55,873 nt of DNA, filler included, from Streblomastix strix (GCA_008636045.1; 3 parts of 3 records of this genome joined end to end with filler, not necessarily neighbours in it), one strand, 5' to 3'. Shown: positions 40,287 to 55,747, counted from the first letter of the whole stretch. Notes: generated by a model not told the origin, from the sequence alone. A program made the numbers and translations.

Positions 40287-42538
40287 TTTCTTTTGTTATC
40301 CTATTTAGAATAGTAATAAATTCGCAAATAAAAGTTTTTTTTAAATAAATTTAAAAATAAATGAATTAATTTTAAAAATTTTAAATTTATGATTAACCAA
40401 ATATATAATTTAAATTCTAGTGTAATTATCTTACTTATATTTATGTGAACATTTAATTTGCTATATTATAATTTAATTTTTCAAATTGTATAATTAGAAA
40501 ATTGAATTATTTTGAAATAGTTGAAAACTCTAATATTCAATGTTCAATTTTAATAATACAATAATATTTATAAATGATATTAGTGAATTATATGAAATTT
40601 ATTAATTATTTAAATTATAATAGATTAATAAATTAAATACAATTTTGTTAATTTTGAAATGGAGAAATAAATAAAAAATTTGGGGTTATTTTTATTATAT
40701 TAAAATTCGATTAAATTACCATTAAATTAATATAAATAAAAGTTATTAGACTGTTTTTGCTAGTTACCAAAAATACATGATTTTATGGGAAAGAAAAAAT
40801 CTGACTCCATTTGTGTAAAACTCTGTTTATTTTGATCCAAATATTTTTCTTATTTTACAGTTACAATTTCAAATTGAACTGCTACATTTTCATCGTCTTC
40901 AAACCCAATACATTCTTTTCCTGAGAATCTGTTTCTTTCATTTGAGATCAATACTCCATTTACTTTTACATTGGAATAAAGTTAACAGTCATCTTTCATT
41001 TTTAATCTTGTTTTCTAATCACCTAGAATTTCACTACAAATTTAAATACAAAATTCATCCTTTCTAATTTATACAAGAAGCAAACGAATGAAACAATAAA
41101 AATAATTTATGTAACTGAAAGTTTAAAAAGATGAATGCCATTGATTTTTTTACGATTTCGTGCAATAATTCTTTAGATTATTAAGTATTCCAATTAATAA
41201 TTCTACTATTTGTGGCTGGTTATTCAGATCTTGTTAGTGCATATTATATTCTATTGATTTAGATCACTTAATGTCTTTCTTTTAATAATACTTTTTAGCT
41301 CTTCAATATATTAACATATACGCTCAATTTCTTCCTGCTACTCCTCTAAATGTTTTGATGAATACGTTCTTTTGTTTTTATAAATTTTTTTTGTAATCCA
41401 TAGAATAATTATTAACAGAAAAAATTGGTAAATGAACTATTTTCAACAAATTATTTCATTTATTTTTATGTAATAAAAAATAATGAGATGCAATGGATTT
41501 TAAATGTACATATACCATTGATTAATTAAATAGATTGAATATTTTTAGATATTGTTGTGATGAAAAATAGTTAAAATGAGTTTAATTTAATTATTATGAA
41601 GCTGCGATTTCTCGCTTAAGAATAAATTTGTTTAAAACTGATTATTAATTTGATGATGGAATAATCGGTTTTTATCATGTGTTAAAAACAGAATTTGGGT
41701 TTTATTTACTATAAACTGGAAAATGTTTATTTGATGGTTGATTATTTTTTTTTTATTTTTTTTATTTTGTTTTTTCTAATTTGCTATTAATCAAAATAAA
41801 TAGAAATAAATTTAAATTGAATTAATATTAAGAATGAAATTTATAGAATTAAACAAATATACTGTTTAGTGGATAACAATTAAAAATAAAAAGTAAACTA
41901 AATTTGAATTAAATGAAATAACTTATGTAAAATTATTAAAAATCAACTAAGACCGATATCTTAGACAAGTGCAAAAAACTTTAAAAATTCAAAGTTCATA
42001 ACTCGATTTTACCAATTAACTAAATATAAATTTGCTACGATATGGGCTTTTTCAATCATTATTTAATAATTTTATATAATTATATATTCAATATTATTTA
42101 AAAGTTATTGTGCGAAGTATATTTATAATATTATAAAATGTGGCTAAACAACATTTCAGAACACTAAGTAGATGTTTGTTGACTATATCATTTAATTTAT
42201 ACAACTATTTCTCAAGAAATTTAGTTACTTCAAACTTTATTCGCTTCTTAATAGCTCACTCAAAATATTTCACATAATATCACTTCTTGCAAATGCTACA
42301 AATTACCAAATATAATTTTAACAAGTTTGTAGACAACTTCTGTAGGTGAGTCACTTAAATTTATACAAGTTTCATCATAAACATGATGTTTCCTATCCAG
42401 AAAAATAGATTTTTTTTCTTTTAAAAACGCTCTTTTCTGCCATTTCCACATATTTTATGTTTCTAATAACCTACTTTTTATTCTTTCTCTTATAATTATC
42501 ATATTTATTTTTTTTATTTTTAAAAGAATACGGATAAA

Positions 42539-43222
42539 ATGGAATCCGACTATTTAATCTAAAATGCAGCGAATGCCATAATTTCTTTCACTGATTCATA
42601 CACAAAGATCAAGCAAGGAAAACAAAATGAGTAATAAAAATCGGATTCTATATCTTCTTTGACTGAAATTTCTTCTTGTCTTAAATCAATAAATGATCAA
42701 ATCCGGAATATTAATACGAGTAAATAAGTGATTCAGATTCCGAAGATTCATCAATCACTATCAACACTTTCATTATACAAAGTTGGTAATCACATCGGCT
42801 AAGAAATAGATCGATAGATATTTACAGTCAGAAGTAGCAGTAGAGACTGTCTTAGTTCGATTCGATTCTTTGGAGATGAATAAGTACAATCAGAACTTGT
42901 TAATTAAGGATTTGGAAGAATGATTTGCATTTCATTCTGCACAGCTGGAGGCGTCGGCGAAGAACAGGATGAGGAGATTGAACATGGACTATATCGCATC
43001 TACAGGTTCCTCAAAGATCTACATGAAGGTAGATATTATAGGAAGCATATCTCCCAACCACTTCCATTACTTGTTCGAAATACTGAAGAACAAATAGAAG
43101 AAGAAGGAGCATATGAAGAAATCGAAGCTTAAATGAAAAATAAAGGATATTATGGTGAAATCAAGTGTAGGGCAAACGATGCCAAAGCAGTAACACTTAA
43201 CCACTTCATTATAACAATCTGA
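42539..43222 (+). CDS. Intronless 227-aa hypothetical protein of an ARM-like lineage-expanded family
   Basis: ATG 42539 to TGA 43220-43222 under TAR=Gln. Motifs SFCTAGGVGEEQDEEI and EEQIEEEGAYEEIEAQ. Confidence 0.85.
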
Positions 43223-44104
43223 ATATGACAAGTTTTGCATATTCAGTTTTTTCTATTTTTCATTTTTGAACAACAGTTAGTTATTCATTTCATGCTTAAT
43301 AGTATAATCTATTTTTTAGTAAATTAATTTTATTATAAATATCCAATTATAATTAATCAATATTTTAAGAGATTTTATTTAAATTTCTGATCTGCGCATT
43401 CAACCGAATTCGAAACAATGTTTGTAAGTGATTAATGTAATGATATATAAATACTTGGTTAAATATTGTATAATGAATATATTTATAATTTACCTTTGTT
43501 TGAGAAAACTTCATAGCTAAATATCTCTTTAATTGCTTAATATTTTACTAATTTTTAAATATAATATTATATATACCTAATTTATATATTAATTTCTTAA
43601 GTTAGAACAACAATCAATTTAATTAACTATTATTTTTTTTTCTTTTTTTTCATAAAAGCTGCTTTATTTCTATATACAATTAGTATAATTTTATATAATT
43701 GTTTATTTTTACATAAAATAATATTTTTGATATGATTTTTATATTTAAATTACTCATCTTACATTAATTTATTACTCAAAATATTTATTTTATTTTCTTT
43801 CTTTTTATTTATATTACGATATCAGATTTATAAGGTGTTATGCCTTCTGCTGAATAAGACACTTGATGTAGACGCTAATAAATTATAAGAATATGATTAA
43901 TATTATAAATAATTAACCTATTTTCCTCACTATCATATTTAAAATAATACTTATAATTTAAAACTCTAAATTCTTATATAATTTTATAATTTACATTTGT
44001 TTTATATCAATATTCACAATTTTGCTATTATTAATTTAATATGTACTTTTTATTAAAATAATTTTTATGATAAATCAGATAATTGAATCCAACGTAATTA
44101 CGCG

Positions 44105-45592
44105 ATGTTAAATTTTGAGTCACTTTCTTCTTTTTTGCAGAACAACATAGCTCTTTATAATTCTGAACTGAATATTAGCAAATTTAATTAATACATTGTT
44201 AAACTACAATGTAATTCAATTATTGCGAGTCTTAGAGAATCGTTGGCATATAAACAACATTCACTTCTTAACAATCTTGAAATTATTGCATTTCGAGGAA
44301 TAAAAAATTATTCCGACGATGATAATAACATATATTTGAAGATTTTTTAAGATTCATAATTAATATCTTTTGTTGAACACCAAATACTTAAGAAAGTAGA
44401 CACAAAAAAGAAAAGAAAAAAGAAAATAATGATACCATTTTCAAATATAGACTCCTAACTAGTTTGTATTTATCTATTAATGAAAAAAGAATGTTTAATT
44501 GATGAGAATATCTTAAAAATATGTGTTGATATCATAGTTTAGAATGGAAAAGCACTTGTTAATAAGCTGAAATATATGAATAATAGTCATTCATAAATCA
44601 GTAGTTATACATTGAAGAATGAAATTAAATCGGAATCAGCATTAAAGAGAGGAATAAATATAATCCACAGCATTACATATTTATAATATCAAAACATGGA
44701 ATATTTAGCGAGCACTAGAATCCAGCAGCTGTTTGCACCTTTGATTCATCTGAACTGTCCAATTGTGTTGAATTGTGCAATGAACATACCGTTAAACTTG
44801 TCTCCATTTGTTAATTAATTGAAAGAAGCAGCTTATGGTATAATTTATCGCATTTAATTCAATATTTTATAAATTGAAGACTTCTTAGTTGCTGATCATA
44901 ACATCCTTGCTCATGTTGCATCTACAATCATATCTTTTGCATAGATTTATTTCTCTTAAAATGATTCAAATGTCTAATATACTTTGAATAAACATGTGCA
45001 AACAAATCCATCTGAATTTATGGCATTTTATGCACTTGGACTGCTTTTATTAATACTATGCGATTTAAGATATTAATCTATTGCATTCTCTATTTCTGGA
45101 CTATTCGAATCACTTGAAAAATTAACGAAATACTAACTTTTCATTGATCATAGCTTGTAATAAATCGAAAAACCTCCATTAATTCGATAAAAGAGTCTGA
45201 AATGCTTTTATTACATACTTAAAGACGAGAAATCATTATTTCTGATAAAACAACTATATGAATAAAGATATATTTCTGTTATTATAAGTTCAATTTGTGT
45301 AGGAGGAGGAAGCAAAGAATAACATTGGTGTATTGTTGAAGAAGCAATCAGCCAGTTATATCAGAATCTTACTCACTTATATAATAATTATGAACCATCA
45401 AATAAGCATGATTTGTAATTATTAAAAAGAATAGGAGAGTCAATTGAGATTGAGGGTGGAATGGAAGAGATCGATTCTCTTTTATTCATCTAAGAAGATT
45501 GGATTGTTTATGAAGAAAGAATTGGATTAACGAAGAACATATTATTGAATGCTTTTAAAAATAACTAATAATACAAATTTGAATAATATTGA
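44105..45592 (+). CDS. 495-aa hypothetical protein, divergent member of the same ARM-like family (5' end uncertain)
   Basis: Open frame from ATG 44105 to TGA 45590-45592. The C-terminal SICVGGGSKEQ and ESIEIEGGMEEIDS parallel the motifs of 42539-43222. Confidence 0.75.
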
Positions 45593-46551
45593 TAATTAAA
45601 TGATGTAGAAAAAGAAACTGAAATTTGAGTTGAACAGAAAATGAAAAATCCATCAAACAAAACCAATAAAGATGATTTGTAAATCACAATATTTTAAAAC
45701 TATAAAAGTGACGATCAATAAAATCAATTTTTTCTTTTAATATAAAAATAAGACTTTTTGTTTATTGTTATAGCATGTATTCAGAGTTTTGACTGTGAAG
45801 CGCATCGCATTAAGATTGTTTACACAAAATTGTAAGACAATCTTCTTTCACTCGAGTGCTCAATTCAATTCTAACAACATGCAGTTCAAGGAACTTTTTT
45901 CCAATTGTTGAAAGAAGTAAATCTTCCCACAGTTTCACTAGATATTTCTTCTCTCCGAGGCAGTGCAGATTTACATAGTTTCCAAGTTTATCTACAGTTG
46001 CGATATTCGCGTGAAGCTTGGCACAACAACGAAAAAATTACTGTATGAATAATGAGGTAAAATAAATAAATAAGCATATATCCAGAAGTTTTCAACATAC
46101 TCGAAGGTGCTGAGTATCTTCTGTGGTGAGAGACAAACATCTTTGCCAGTCAAATCTTGTGTTTAGTTTTCGTTCTTCTGGTCAAAGAAGAAACTTCATG
46201 ATGTGTTCAAAACATTCTGCATTAACTGCATATATTAAATTAAAATATCTATATAAATTTTTTTTTGTTGAATTGAGTAAAATCACTTTTTTTTTAATTA
46301 GCGATTAGTAAGGAAATAAATGGATAGAAGATATATTAATTAAAACGAATTATATATTTTTGATTTTATATAGTGGCTTAAATAATAAATTTAATAAATT
46401 TATAAAATATGGTGTACGCTTTTAAGGCTAATAAATGAATAATTAAAATTGTGCTTTTATATCAGCTTAAAAATATGTAAACGTTATAATTTCAGATAAT
46501 TATACATACATAATTATAATAACTTAGGTTTAAAGCAATAATACATTTTAG

Positions 46552-47508
46552 ATGGCGTGTTATCAAGGTTCCAAATTTATTACCGATTTCGATAATAATG
46601 AATCAAAATATGCTGAAATTAGTTTTAATAAAATTTAAACTTAATTAAATATGAATTAATAAAGCATTCAAACGATTTAATAATCTGCGAGGTAGAAAAT
46701 CCCATCGAAATCATTAGGAAAATTGATAATTTTTTATCCGTTCATACACTTTGAATGTGTGCGTTGAATCTTTAGCAATCAAATGAAGTAGAAAACAATT
46801 AACACTTTGAAATTCACGATCAAGAGGATGTTGATGGAGATCTGCAAATCATAACTTAATCTTCGTATCCATTTATTTCCTTACTAATCGCTAATTAAAA
46901 AAAAAGTGATTTTACTCAATTCAACAAAAAAAAATTTATATAGATATTTTAATTTAATATATGCAGTTAATGCAGAATGTTTTGAACACATCATGAAGTT
47001 TCTTCTTTGACCAGAAGAACGAAAACTAAACACAAGATTTGACTGGCAAAGATGTTTGTCTCTCACCACAGAAGATACTCAGCACCTTCGAGTATGTTGA
47101 AAACTTCTGGATATATGCTTATTTATTTATTTTACCTCATTATTCATACAGTAATTTTTTCGTTGTTGTGCCAAGCTTCACGCGAATATCGCAACTGTAG
47201 ATAAACTTGGAAACTATGTAAATCTGCACTGCCTCGGAGAGAAGAAATATCTAGTGAAACTGTGGGAAGATTTACTTCTTTCAACAATTGGAAAAAAGTT
47301 CCTTGAACTGCATGTTGTTAGAATTGAATTGAGCACTCGAGTGAAAGAAGATTGTCTTACAATTTTGTGTAAACAATCTTAATGCGATGCGCTTCACAGT
47401 CAAAACTCTGAATACATGCTATAACAATAAACAAAAAGTCTTATTTTTATATTAAAAGAAAAAATTGATTTTATTGATCGTCACTTTTATAGTTTTAAAA
47501 TATTGTGA
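46552..47508 (+). pseudogene. Degenerate intron-containing gene running from the palindrome spacer into the right arm
   Basis: Coding-like frames in the spacer, a GT donor at 46865-46866, an AG acceptor near 46966 and a second intron at about 47092-47151. In-frame TGA codons prevent a clean model. Confidence 0.35.
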
Positions 47509-47599
47509 TTTACAAATCATCTTTATTGGTTTTGTTTGATGGATTTTTCATTTTCTGTTCAACTCAAATTTCAGTTTCTTTTTCTACATCATTTAATTA

Positions 47600-49087
47600 T
47601 CAATATTATTCAAATTTGTATTATTAGTTATTTTTAAAAGCATTCAATAATATGTTCTTCGTTAATCCAATTCTTTCTTCATAAACAATCCAATCTTCTT
47701 AGATGAATAAAAGAGAATCGATCTCTTCCATTCCACCCTCAATCTCAATTGACTCTCCTATTCTTTTTAATAATTACAAATCATGCTTATTTGATGGTTC
47801 ATAATTATTATATAAGTGAGTAAGATTCTGATATAACTGGCTGATTGCTTCTTCAACAATACACCAATGTTATTCTTTGCTTCCTCCTCCTACACAAATT
47901 GAACTTATAATAACAGAAATATATCTTTATTCATATAGTTGTTTTATCAGAAATAATGATTTCTCGTCTTTAAGTATGTAATAAAAGCATTTCAGACTCT
48001 TTTATCGAATTAATGGAGGTTTTTCGATTTATTACAAGCTATGATCAATGAAAAGTTAGTATTTCGTTAATTTTTCAAGTGATTCGAATAGTCCAGAAAT
48101 AGAGAATGCAATAGATTAATATCTTAAATCGCATAGTATTAATAAAAGCAGTCCAAGTGCATAAAATGCCATAAATTCAGATGGATTTGTTTGCACATGT
48201 TTATTCAAAGTATATTAGACATTTGAATCATTTTAAGAGAAATAAATCTATGCAAAAGATATGATTGTAGATGCAACATGAGCAAGGATGTTATGATCAG
48301 CAACTAAGAAGTCTTCAATTTATAAAATATTGAATTAAATGCGATAAATTATACCATAAGCTGCTTCTTTCAATTAATTAACAAATGGAGACAAGTTTAA
48401 CGGTATGTTCATTGCACAATTCAACACAATTGGACAGTTCAGATGAATCAAAGGTGCAAACAGCTGCTGGATTCTAGTGCTCGCTAAATATTCCATGTTT
48501 TGATATTATAAATATGTAATGCTGTGGATTATATTTATTCCTCTCTTTAATGCTGATTCCGATTTAATTTCATTCTTCAATGTATAACTACTGATTTATG
48601 AATGACTATTATTCATATATTTCAGCTTATTAACAAGTGCTTTTCCATTCTAAACTATGATATCAACACATATTTTTAAGATATTCTCATCAATTAAACA
48701 TTCTTTTTTCATTAATAGATAAATACAAACTAGTTAGGAGTCTATATTTGAAAATGGTATCATTATTTTCTTTTTTCTTTTCTTTTTTGTGTCTACTTTC
48801 TTAAGTATTTGGTGTTCAACAAAAGATATTAATTATGAATCTTAAAAAATCTTCAAATATATGTTATTATCATCGTCGGAATAATTTTTTATTCCTCGAA
48901 ATGCAATAATTTCAAGATTGTTAAGAAGTGAATGTTGTTTATATGCCAACGATTCTCTAAGACTCGCAATAATTGAATTACATTGTAGTTTAACAATGTA
49001 TTAATTAAATTTGCTAATATTCAGTTCAGAATTATAAAGAGCTATGTTGTTCTGCAAAAAAGAAGAAAGTGACTCAAAATTTAACAT
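47600..49087 (-). CDS. Mirror copy of 44105-45592
   Basis: Reverse complement within the inverted duplication. Confidence 0.7.
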
Positions 49088-49969
49088 CGCGTAATTACGT
49101 TGGATTCAATTATCTGATTTATCATAAAAATTATTTTAATAAAAAGTACATATTAAATTAATAATAGCAAAATTGTGAATATTGATATAAAACAAATGTA
49201 AATTATAAAATTATATAAGAATTTAGAGTTTTAAATTATAAGTATTATTTTAAATATGATAGTGAGGAAAATAGGTTAATTATTTATAATATTAATCATA
49301 TTCTTATAATTTATTAGCGTCTACATCAAGTGTCTTATTCAGCAGAAGGCATAACACCTTATAAATCTGATATCGTAATATAAATAAAAAGAAAGAAAAT
49401 AAAATAAATATTTTGAGTAATAAATTAATGTAAGATGAGTAATTTAAATATAAAAATCATATCAAAAATATTATTTTATGTAAAAATAAACAATTATATA
49501 AAATTATACTAATTGTATATAGAAATAAAGCAGCTTTTATGAAAAAAAAGAAAAAAAAATAATAGTTAATTAAATTGATTGTTGTTCTAACTTAAGAAAT
49601 TAATATATAAATTAGGTATATATAATATTATATTTAAAAATTAGTAAAATATTAAGCAATTAAAGAGATATTTAGCTATGAAGTTTTCTCAAACAAAGGT
49701 AAATTATAAATATATTCATTATACAATATTTAACCAAGTATTTATATATCATTACATTAATCACTTACAAACATTGTTTCGAATTCGGTTGAATGCGCAG
49801 ATCAGAAATTTAAATAAAATCTCTTAAAATATTGATTAATTATAATTGGATATTTATAATAAAATTAATTTACTAAAAAATAGATTATACTATTAAGCAT
49901 GAAATGAATAACTAACTGTTGTTCAAAAATGAAAAATAGAAAAAACTGAATATGCAAAACTTGTCATAT

Positions 49970-50653
49970 TCAGATTGTTATAATGAAGTGGTTAAGTGTT
50001 ACTGCTTTGGCATCGTTTGCCCTACACTTGATTTCACCATAATATCCTTTATTTTTCATTTAAGCTTCGATTTCTTCATATGCTCCTTCTTCTTCTATTT
50101 GTTCTTCAGTATTTCGAACAAGTAATGGAAGTGGTTGGGAGATATGCTTCCTATAATATCTACCTTCATGTAGATCTTTGAGGAACCTGTAGATGCGATA
50201 TAGTCCATGTTCAATCTCCTCATCCTGTTCTTCGCCGACGCCTCCAGCTGTGCAGAATGAAATGCAAATCATTCTTCCAAATCCTTAATTAACAAGTTCT
50301 GATTGTACTTATTCATCTCCAAAGAATCGAATCGAACTAAGACAGTCTCTACTGCTACTTCTGACTGTAAATATCTATCGATCTATTTCTTAGCCGATGT
50401 GATTACCAACTTTGTATAATGAAAGTGTTGATAGTGATTGATGAATCTTCGGAATCTGAATCACTTATTTACTCGTATTAATATTCCGGATTTGATCATT
50501 TATTGATTTAAGACAAGAAGAAATTTCAGTCAAAGAAGATATAGAATCCGATTTTTATTACTCATTTTGTTTTCCTTGCTTGATCTTTGTGTATGAATCA
50601 GTGAAAGAAATTATGGCATTCGCTGCATTTTAGATTAAATAGTCGGATTCCAT
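49970..50653 (-). CDS. Mirror copy of 42539-43222
   Basis: Reverse complement within the inverted duplication. The ORF track shows the identical peptide. Confidence 0.8.
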
Positions 50654-52905
50654 TTTATCCGTATTCTTTTAAAAATAAAAAAAATAAATATGATAATTAT
50701 AAGAGAAAGAATAAAAAGTAGGTTATTAGAAACATAAAATATGTGGAAATGGCAGAAAAGAGCGTTTTTAAAAGAAAAAAAATCTATTTTTCTGGATAGG
50801 AAACATCATGTTTATGATGAAACTTGTATAAATTTAAGTGACTCACCTACAGAAGTTGTCTACAAACTTGTTAAAATTATATTTGGTAATTTGTAGCATT
50901 TGCAAGAAGTGATATTATGTGAAATATTTTGAGTGAGCTATTAAGAAGCGAATAAAGTTTGAAGTAACTAAATTTCTTGAGAAATAGTTGTATAAATTAA
51001 ATGATATAGTCAACAAACATCTACTTAGTGTTCTGAAATGTTGTTTAGCCACATTTTATAATATTATAAATATACTTCGCACAATAACTTTTAAATAATA
51101 TTGAATATATAATTATATAAAATTATTAAATAATGATTGAAAAAGCCCATATCGTAGCAAATTTATATTTAGTTAATTGGTAAAATCGAGTTATGAACTT
51201 TGAATTTTTAAAGTTTTTTGCACTTGTCTAAGATATCGGTCTTAGTTGATTTTTAATAATTTTACATAAGTTATTTCATTTAATTCAAATTTAGTTTACT
51301 TTTTATTTTTAATTGTTATCCACTAAACAGTATATTTGTTTAATTCTATAAATTTCATTCTTAATATTAATTCAATTTAAATTTATTTCTATTTATTTTG
51401 ATTAATAGCAAATTAGAAAAAACAAAATAAAAAAAATAAAAAAAAAATAATCAACCATCAAATAAACATTTTCCAGTTTATAGTAAATAAAACCCAAATT
51501 CTGTTTTTAACACATGATAAAAACCGATTATTCCATCATCAAATTAATAATCAGTTTTAAACAAATTTATTCTTAAGCGAGAAATCGCAGCTTCATAATA
51601 ATTAAATTAAACTCATTTTAACTATTTTTCATCACAACAATATCTAAAAATATTCAATCTATTTAATTAATCAATGGTATATGTACATTTAAAATCCATT
51701 GCATCTCATTATTTTTTATTACATAAAAATAAATGAAATAATTTGTTGAAAATAGTTCATTTACCAATTTTTTCTGTTAATAATTATTCTATGGATTACA
51801 AAAAAAATTTATAAAAACAAAAGAACGTATTCATCAAAACATTTAGAGGAGTAGCAGGAAGAAATTGAGCGTATATGTTAATATATTGAAGAGCTAAAAA
51901 GTATTATTAAAAGAAAGACATTAAGTGATCTAAATCAATAGAATATAATATGCACTAACAAGATCTGAATAACCAGCCACAAATAGTAGAATTATTAATT
52001 GGAATACTTAATAATCTAAAGAATTATTGCACGAAATCGTAAAAAAATCAATGGCATTCATCTTTTTAAACTTTCAGTTACATAAATTATTTTTATTGTT
52101 TCATTCGTTTGCTTCTTGTATAAATTAGAAAGGATGAATTTTGTATTTAAATTTGTAGTGAAATTCTAGGTGATTAGAAAACAAGATTAAAAATGAAAGA
52201 TGACTGTTAACTTTATTCCAATGTAAAAGTAAATGGAGTATTGATCTCAAATGAAAGAAACAGATTCTCAGGAAAAGAATGTATTGGGTTTGAAGACGAT
52301 GAAAATGTAGCAGTTCAATTTGAAATTGTAACTGTAAAATAAGAAAAATATTTGGATCAAAATAAACAGAGTTTTACACAAATGGAGTCAGATTTTTTCT
52401 TTCCCATAAAATCATGTATTTTTGGTAACTAGCAAAAACAGTCTAATAACTTTTATTTATATTAATTTAATGGTAATTTAATCGAATTTTAATATAATAA
52501 AAATAACCCCAAATTTTTTATTTATTTCTCCATTTCAAAATTAACAAAATTGTATTTAATTTATTAATCTATTATAATTTAAATAATTAATAAATTTCAT
52601 ATAATTCACTAATATCATTTATAAATATTATTGTATTATTAAAATTGAACATTGAATATTAGAGTTTTCAACTATTTCAAAATAATTCAATTTTCTAATT
52701 ATACAATTTGAAAAATTAAATTATAATATAGCAAATTAAATGTTCACATAAATATAAGTAAGATAATTACACTAGAATTTAAATTATATATTTGGTTAAT
52801 CATAAATTTAAAATTTTTAAAATTAATTCATTTATTTTTAAATTTATTTAAAAAAAACTTTTATTTGCGAATTTATTACTATTCTAAATAGGATAACAAA
52901 AGAAA

Positions 52906-55246
52906 ATGATTCTAACAGATAAACTACTAACATTTGTATTAGGTAAAGCAACTAATAAAAGCTTTTCAGAATTAAAATTCAGTACTAGAAAATATTTTTC
53001 TAAAAGATTAATTTAAATTTTAAACAAAATTACTAAGAATAACACTAAATCTTTGTTGCAATTTATTCTTAACTACACTAAAATTGGTAAATCGATTAAG
53101 AAAGATATGAACAATCAAATTAATAATGAAAAAAATTCATTTTTATAATATGCATCAGATTATTACAAAGAATTAAATGGAAAACATAAATAAAAATTTC
53201 TACTATTAATATATTAATTAGAATAAAAAACTAGAACATTAAATGAAAATGGATTTCATTTGCACTTTTATACAATAAGAGATGCAAAGAGATGGCAATT
53301 ATAATAAGAAACAAAAATTAATCATAAAAGTAATTATAATTAAAAAAAATTTAATGAAATAATTTAAACAATATTGCCATACTGTGAGCTATCAAACATA
53401 ATTATTTGGATATTGAAACATTAATTTAATGAATAAGAAGTTTAAATAAATTAATAAGAAATGATTAAAGATAAAGATGAAAGTGTAATTAAAGATAATG
53501 ATTAAAATAATTAAGAATTAAATGATAATGATTAATTATAAAATTTTGATTAAAACTTAATGAATAAAGATTTTGATATTAATAAAAGTTAAGAATAAAT
53601 AATGAAAATAAACGAAAGAAATAAAAAAAAATCAACAAACATTTATAATAATTTATTAAATGCAAGAAGAAATATATAATCTAAATAATATAAGTAAAAC
53701 GTAAATGAATAAACAAGTTAATTAAATTTAAAATAATCATAAAATTCTACTTCTAAATAAAATAATTTTAATATAATATCATCAAATTTAACATCTTAAA
53801 ATAAATTTAAAATTAAATCCCTGAATCATTTGTTGCAACTCCTCCATCAAATAAAAGCGTTGTGAAATAGGATTATCATTAATCAACTCCAAATTATTCT
53901 CCAATGTTATTAAATAAATAAAAATCTTAACTAAAGACTTCTGAATCTTATAATGAAAATAATTAAATTAATCAAATTGAAACAGTAGTAAATATCAAAA
54001 GTTAAATTTAAATGAAACAGTAAAGCAATTCAATGTTTTCTATTTTAACCCCAAATATTTAAAATAATCTAAATAGTAATGAATAATTACATCCAAAAAG
54101 GAAATATTAAATGAATACAACTAAATATGAGAAATATAATGTATTAATTTCAATATATACCAGGGAAGAATTGTACATCCTTTACGTAAATCGAACTGGC
54201 AAATCAGCAGTATCATTCACATTATTTAAGATTATGTTAAAAGGTAGAATCTAATATCCAAAAAGATCAACTGATCTTTGCATTATTTGTTAATTGATGA
54301 AAACCTTTATGAATTCTGAATAGGATATTTAGAACACACAATAGCAAAATGAATAATTAATTAGTGCAATATAACATAGAGAAGATAAAATAATTTAAAG
54401 ATAATAATAATAACATTTATTAAACAATCTAAATTAAAATGAATACATAATTTTATCTGATTTTTCCGAAAATCTTCGCCTTGGAATTAAAAGATTTTAA
54501 TTATCTCCAGACTTCTATTAATATATATCCGTCTCTTTATTAACATTTATAATATAATATAAATAATAATAACAAATTAAATAAATGATATATAATTATA
54601 TTAGTTATTGTTAGAATAAAGATGCTATTTTTGTAAAAGATTGTTTTGAGCACTTAATGCAAACCTTTCCACTACCATTCTAAAAAGTATACTTCTATTC
54701 TGACAATGGAACTCCTTTTAGATCATCGATTTTTTAACATTTATTATTATCTCCATCTTCAAATATTTCAAAGAAATATGAAATAACTTAAGCCTTCTCT
54801 GTTCCTGGACATTCAAAATCTTATTGTGATTAGCATTTCTGGTATCTTAAAAGGAAAATTAGTAGAAAAAGTATGAAATCAGAAATAAATTCTATTGAGG
54901 ACTTAATTAAACAATATAAGAGATTGATTCAATTGGAATTAATACAAAATTATAATTTATAAGATATGAACGAACAGCAGGAGAAAGATTAGCATCAATT
55001 CTCTGTATTGAAGATCAAATGAACTACTTATGTTTAAAATAAATATAAGGAGAAATTAGAGCAGCAAAATATATCGAATAAGGTGAAAATAAATTTATTG
55101 AAATAGAATATAATGAACCACTTTAAATAATTTTAAGTATTTAAAATAAAATATCTCCTCTTTTAAGCAAACCTAAACCATCAAACTAATTAAGAATAGT
55201 AGGAACAAGATCCGTTCAGCCTCTACTGTTCAGAAATAGCTGGTGA
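52906..55246 (+). mobile_element. Frameshifted Sola-like DDD transposase (right-arm copy)
   Basis: TDLCIIC, IILSDFSENL (D at 54459), VYFYSDNGTPFRS (D at 54702) and FSVPGHSKSYCDQHF (D at 54828). Apparent frameshifts near 53800 and 54900. Confidence 0.7.
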
Positions 55247-55747
55247 ATAATGAATATTATCATTATTTTAATTAAAATTATTAATTAACTAAATTTTATT
55301 CATTTAACTTCAATAATTTTATGCAATAAATTATTAAATAATCAAATTTTGTAATAAATTCAGAAAATTTATAATTTATTTCATATTATCATAGAAAATT
55401 AACAAAAATTTAAACATTATATTAGCTAACTATACTCAATTCGAATCCTTCTTAGATATAGTTTATTTATTCTTTATGATTAAATATGTTATATATAGTT
55501 TGATAATGAATATAAATATAAATTAATATAATTGCAATAATATTCGATATATACCTGATATATGAGATACTTCTCTGTCAAGAAGATATGGATCAATCTT
55601 AAGAATAAAGAATATTTAATATAGAATATGTTATTAATATTATGAATTTAAATACCTAAAGAGGCTTGAGTACATCATTACGATCTATAATCTAAAAATA
55701 AATTGTAATAATTATAAATTAAAAAAGTAAAATGAAACAATAATAAG

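Noticed and set aside
46865..46966. Possible U12-type intron (GTATCC start)
   Set aside because: GTATCCATTT deviates from the GTATCCTT consensus, no properly placed U12 branch site is seen near the acceptor, and the host gene looks degenerate.
51791..52440. Coding-like stretch (mirror at about 40750-41400)
   Set aside because: Frames are interrupted by TGA and shifts, and no recognisable motif or consistent splice model was found.
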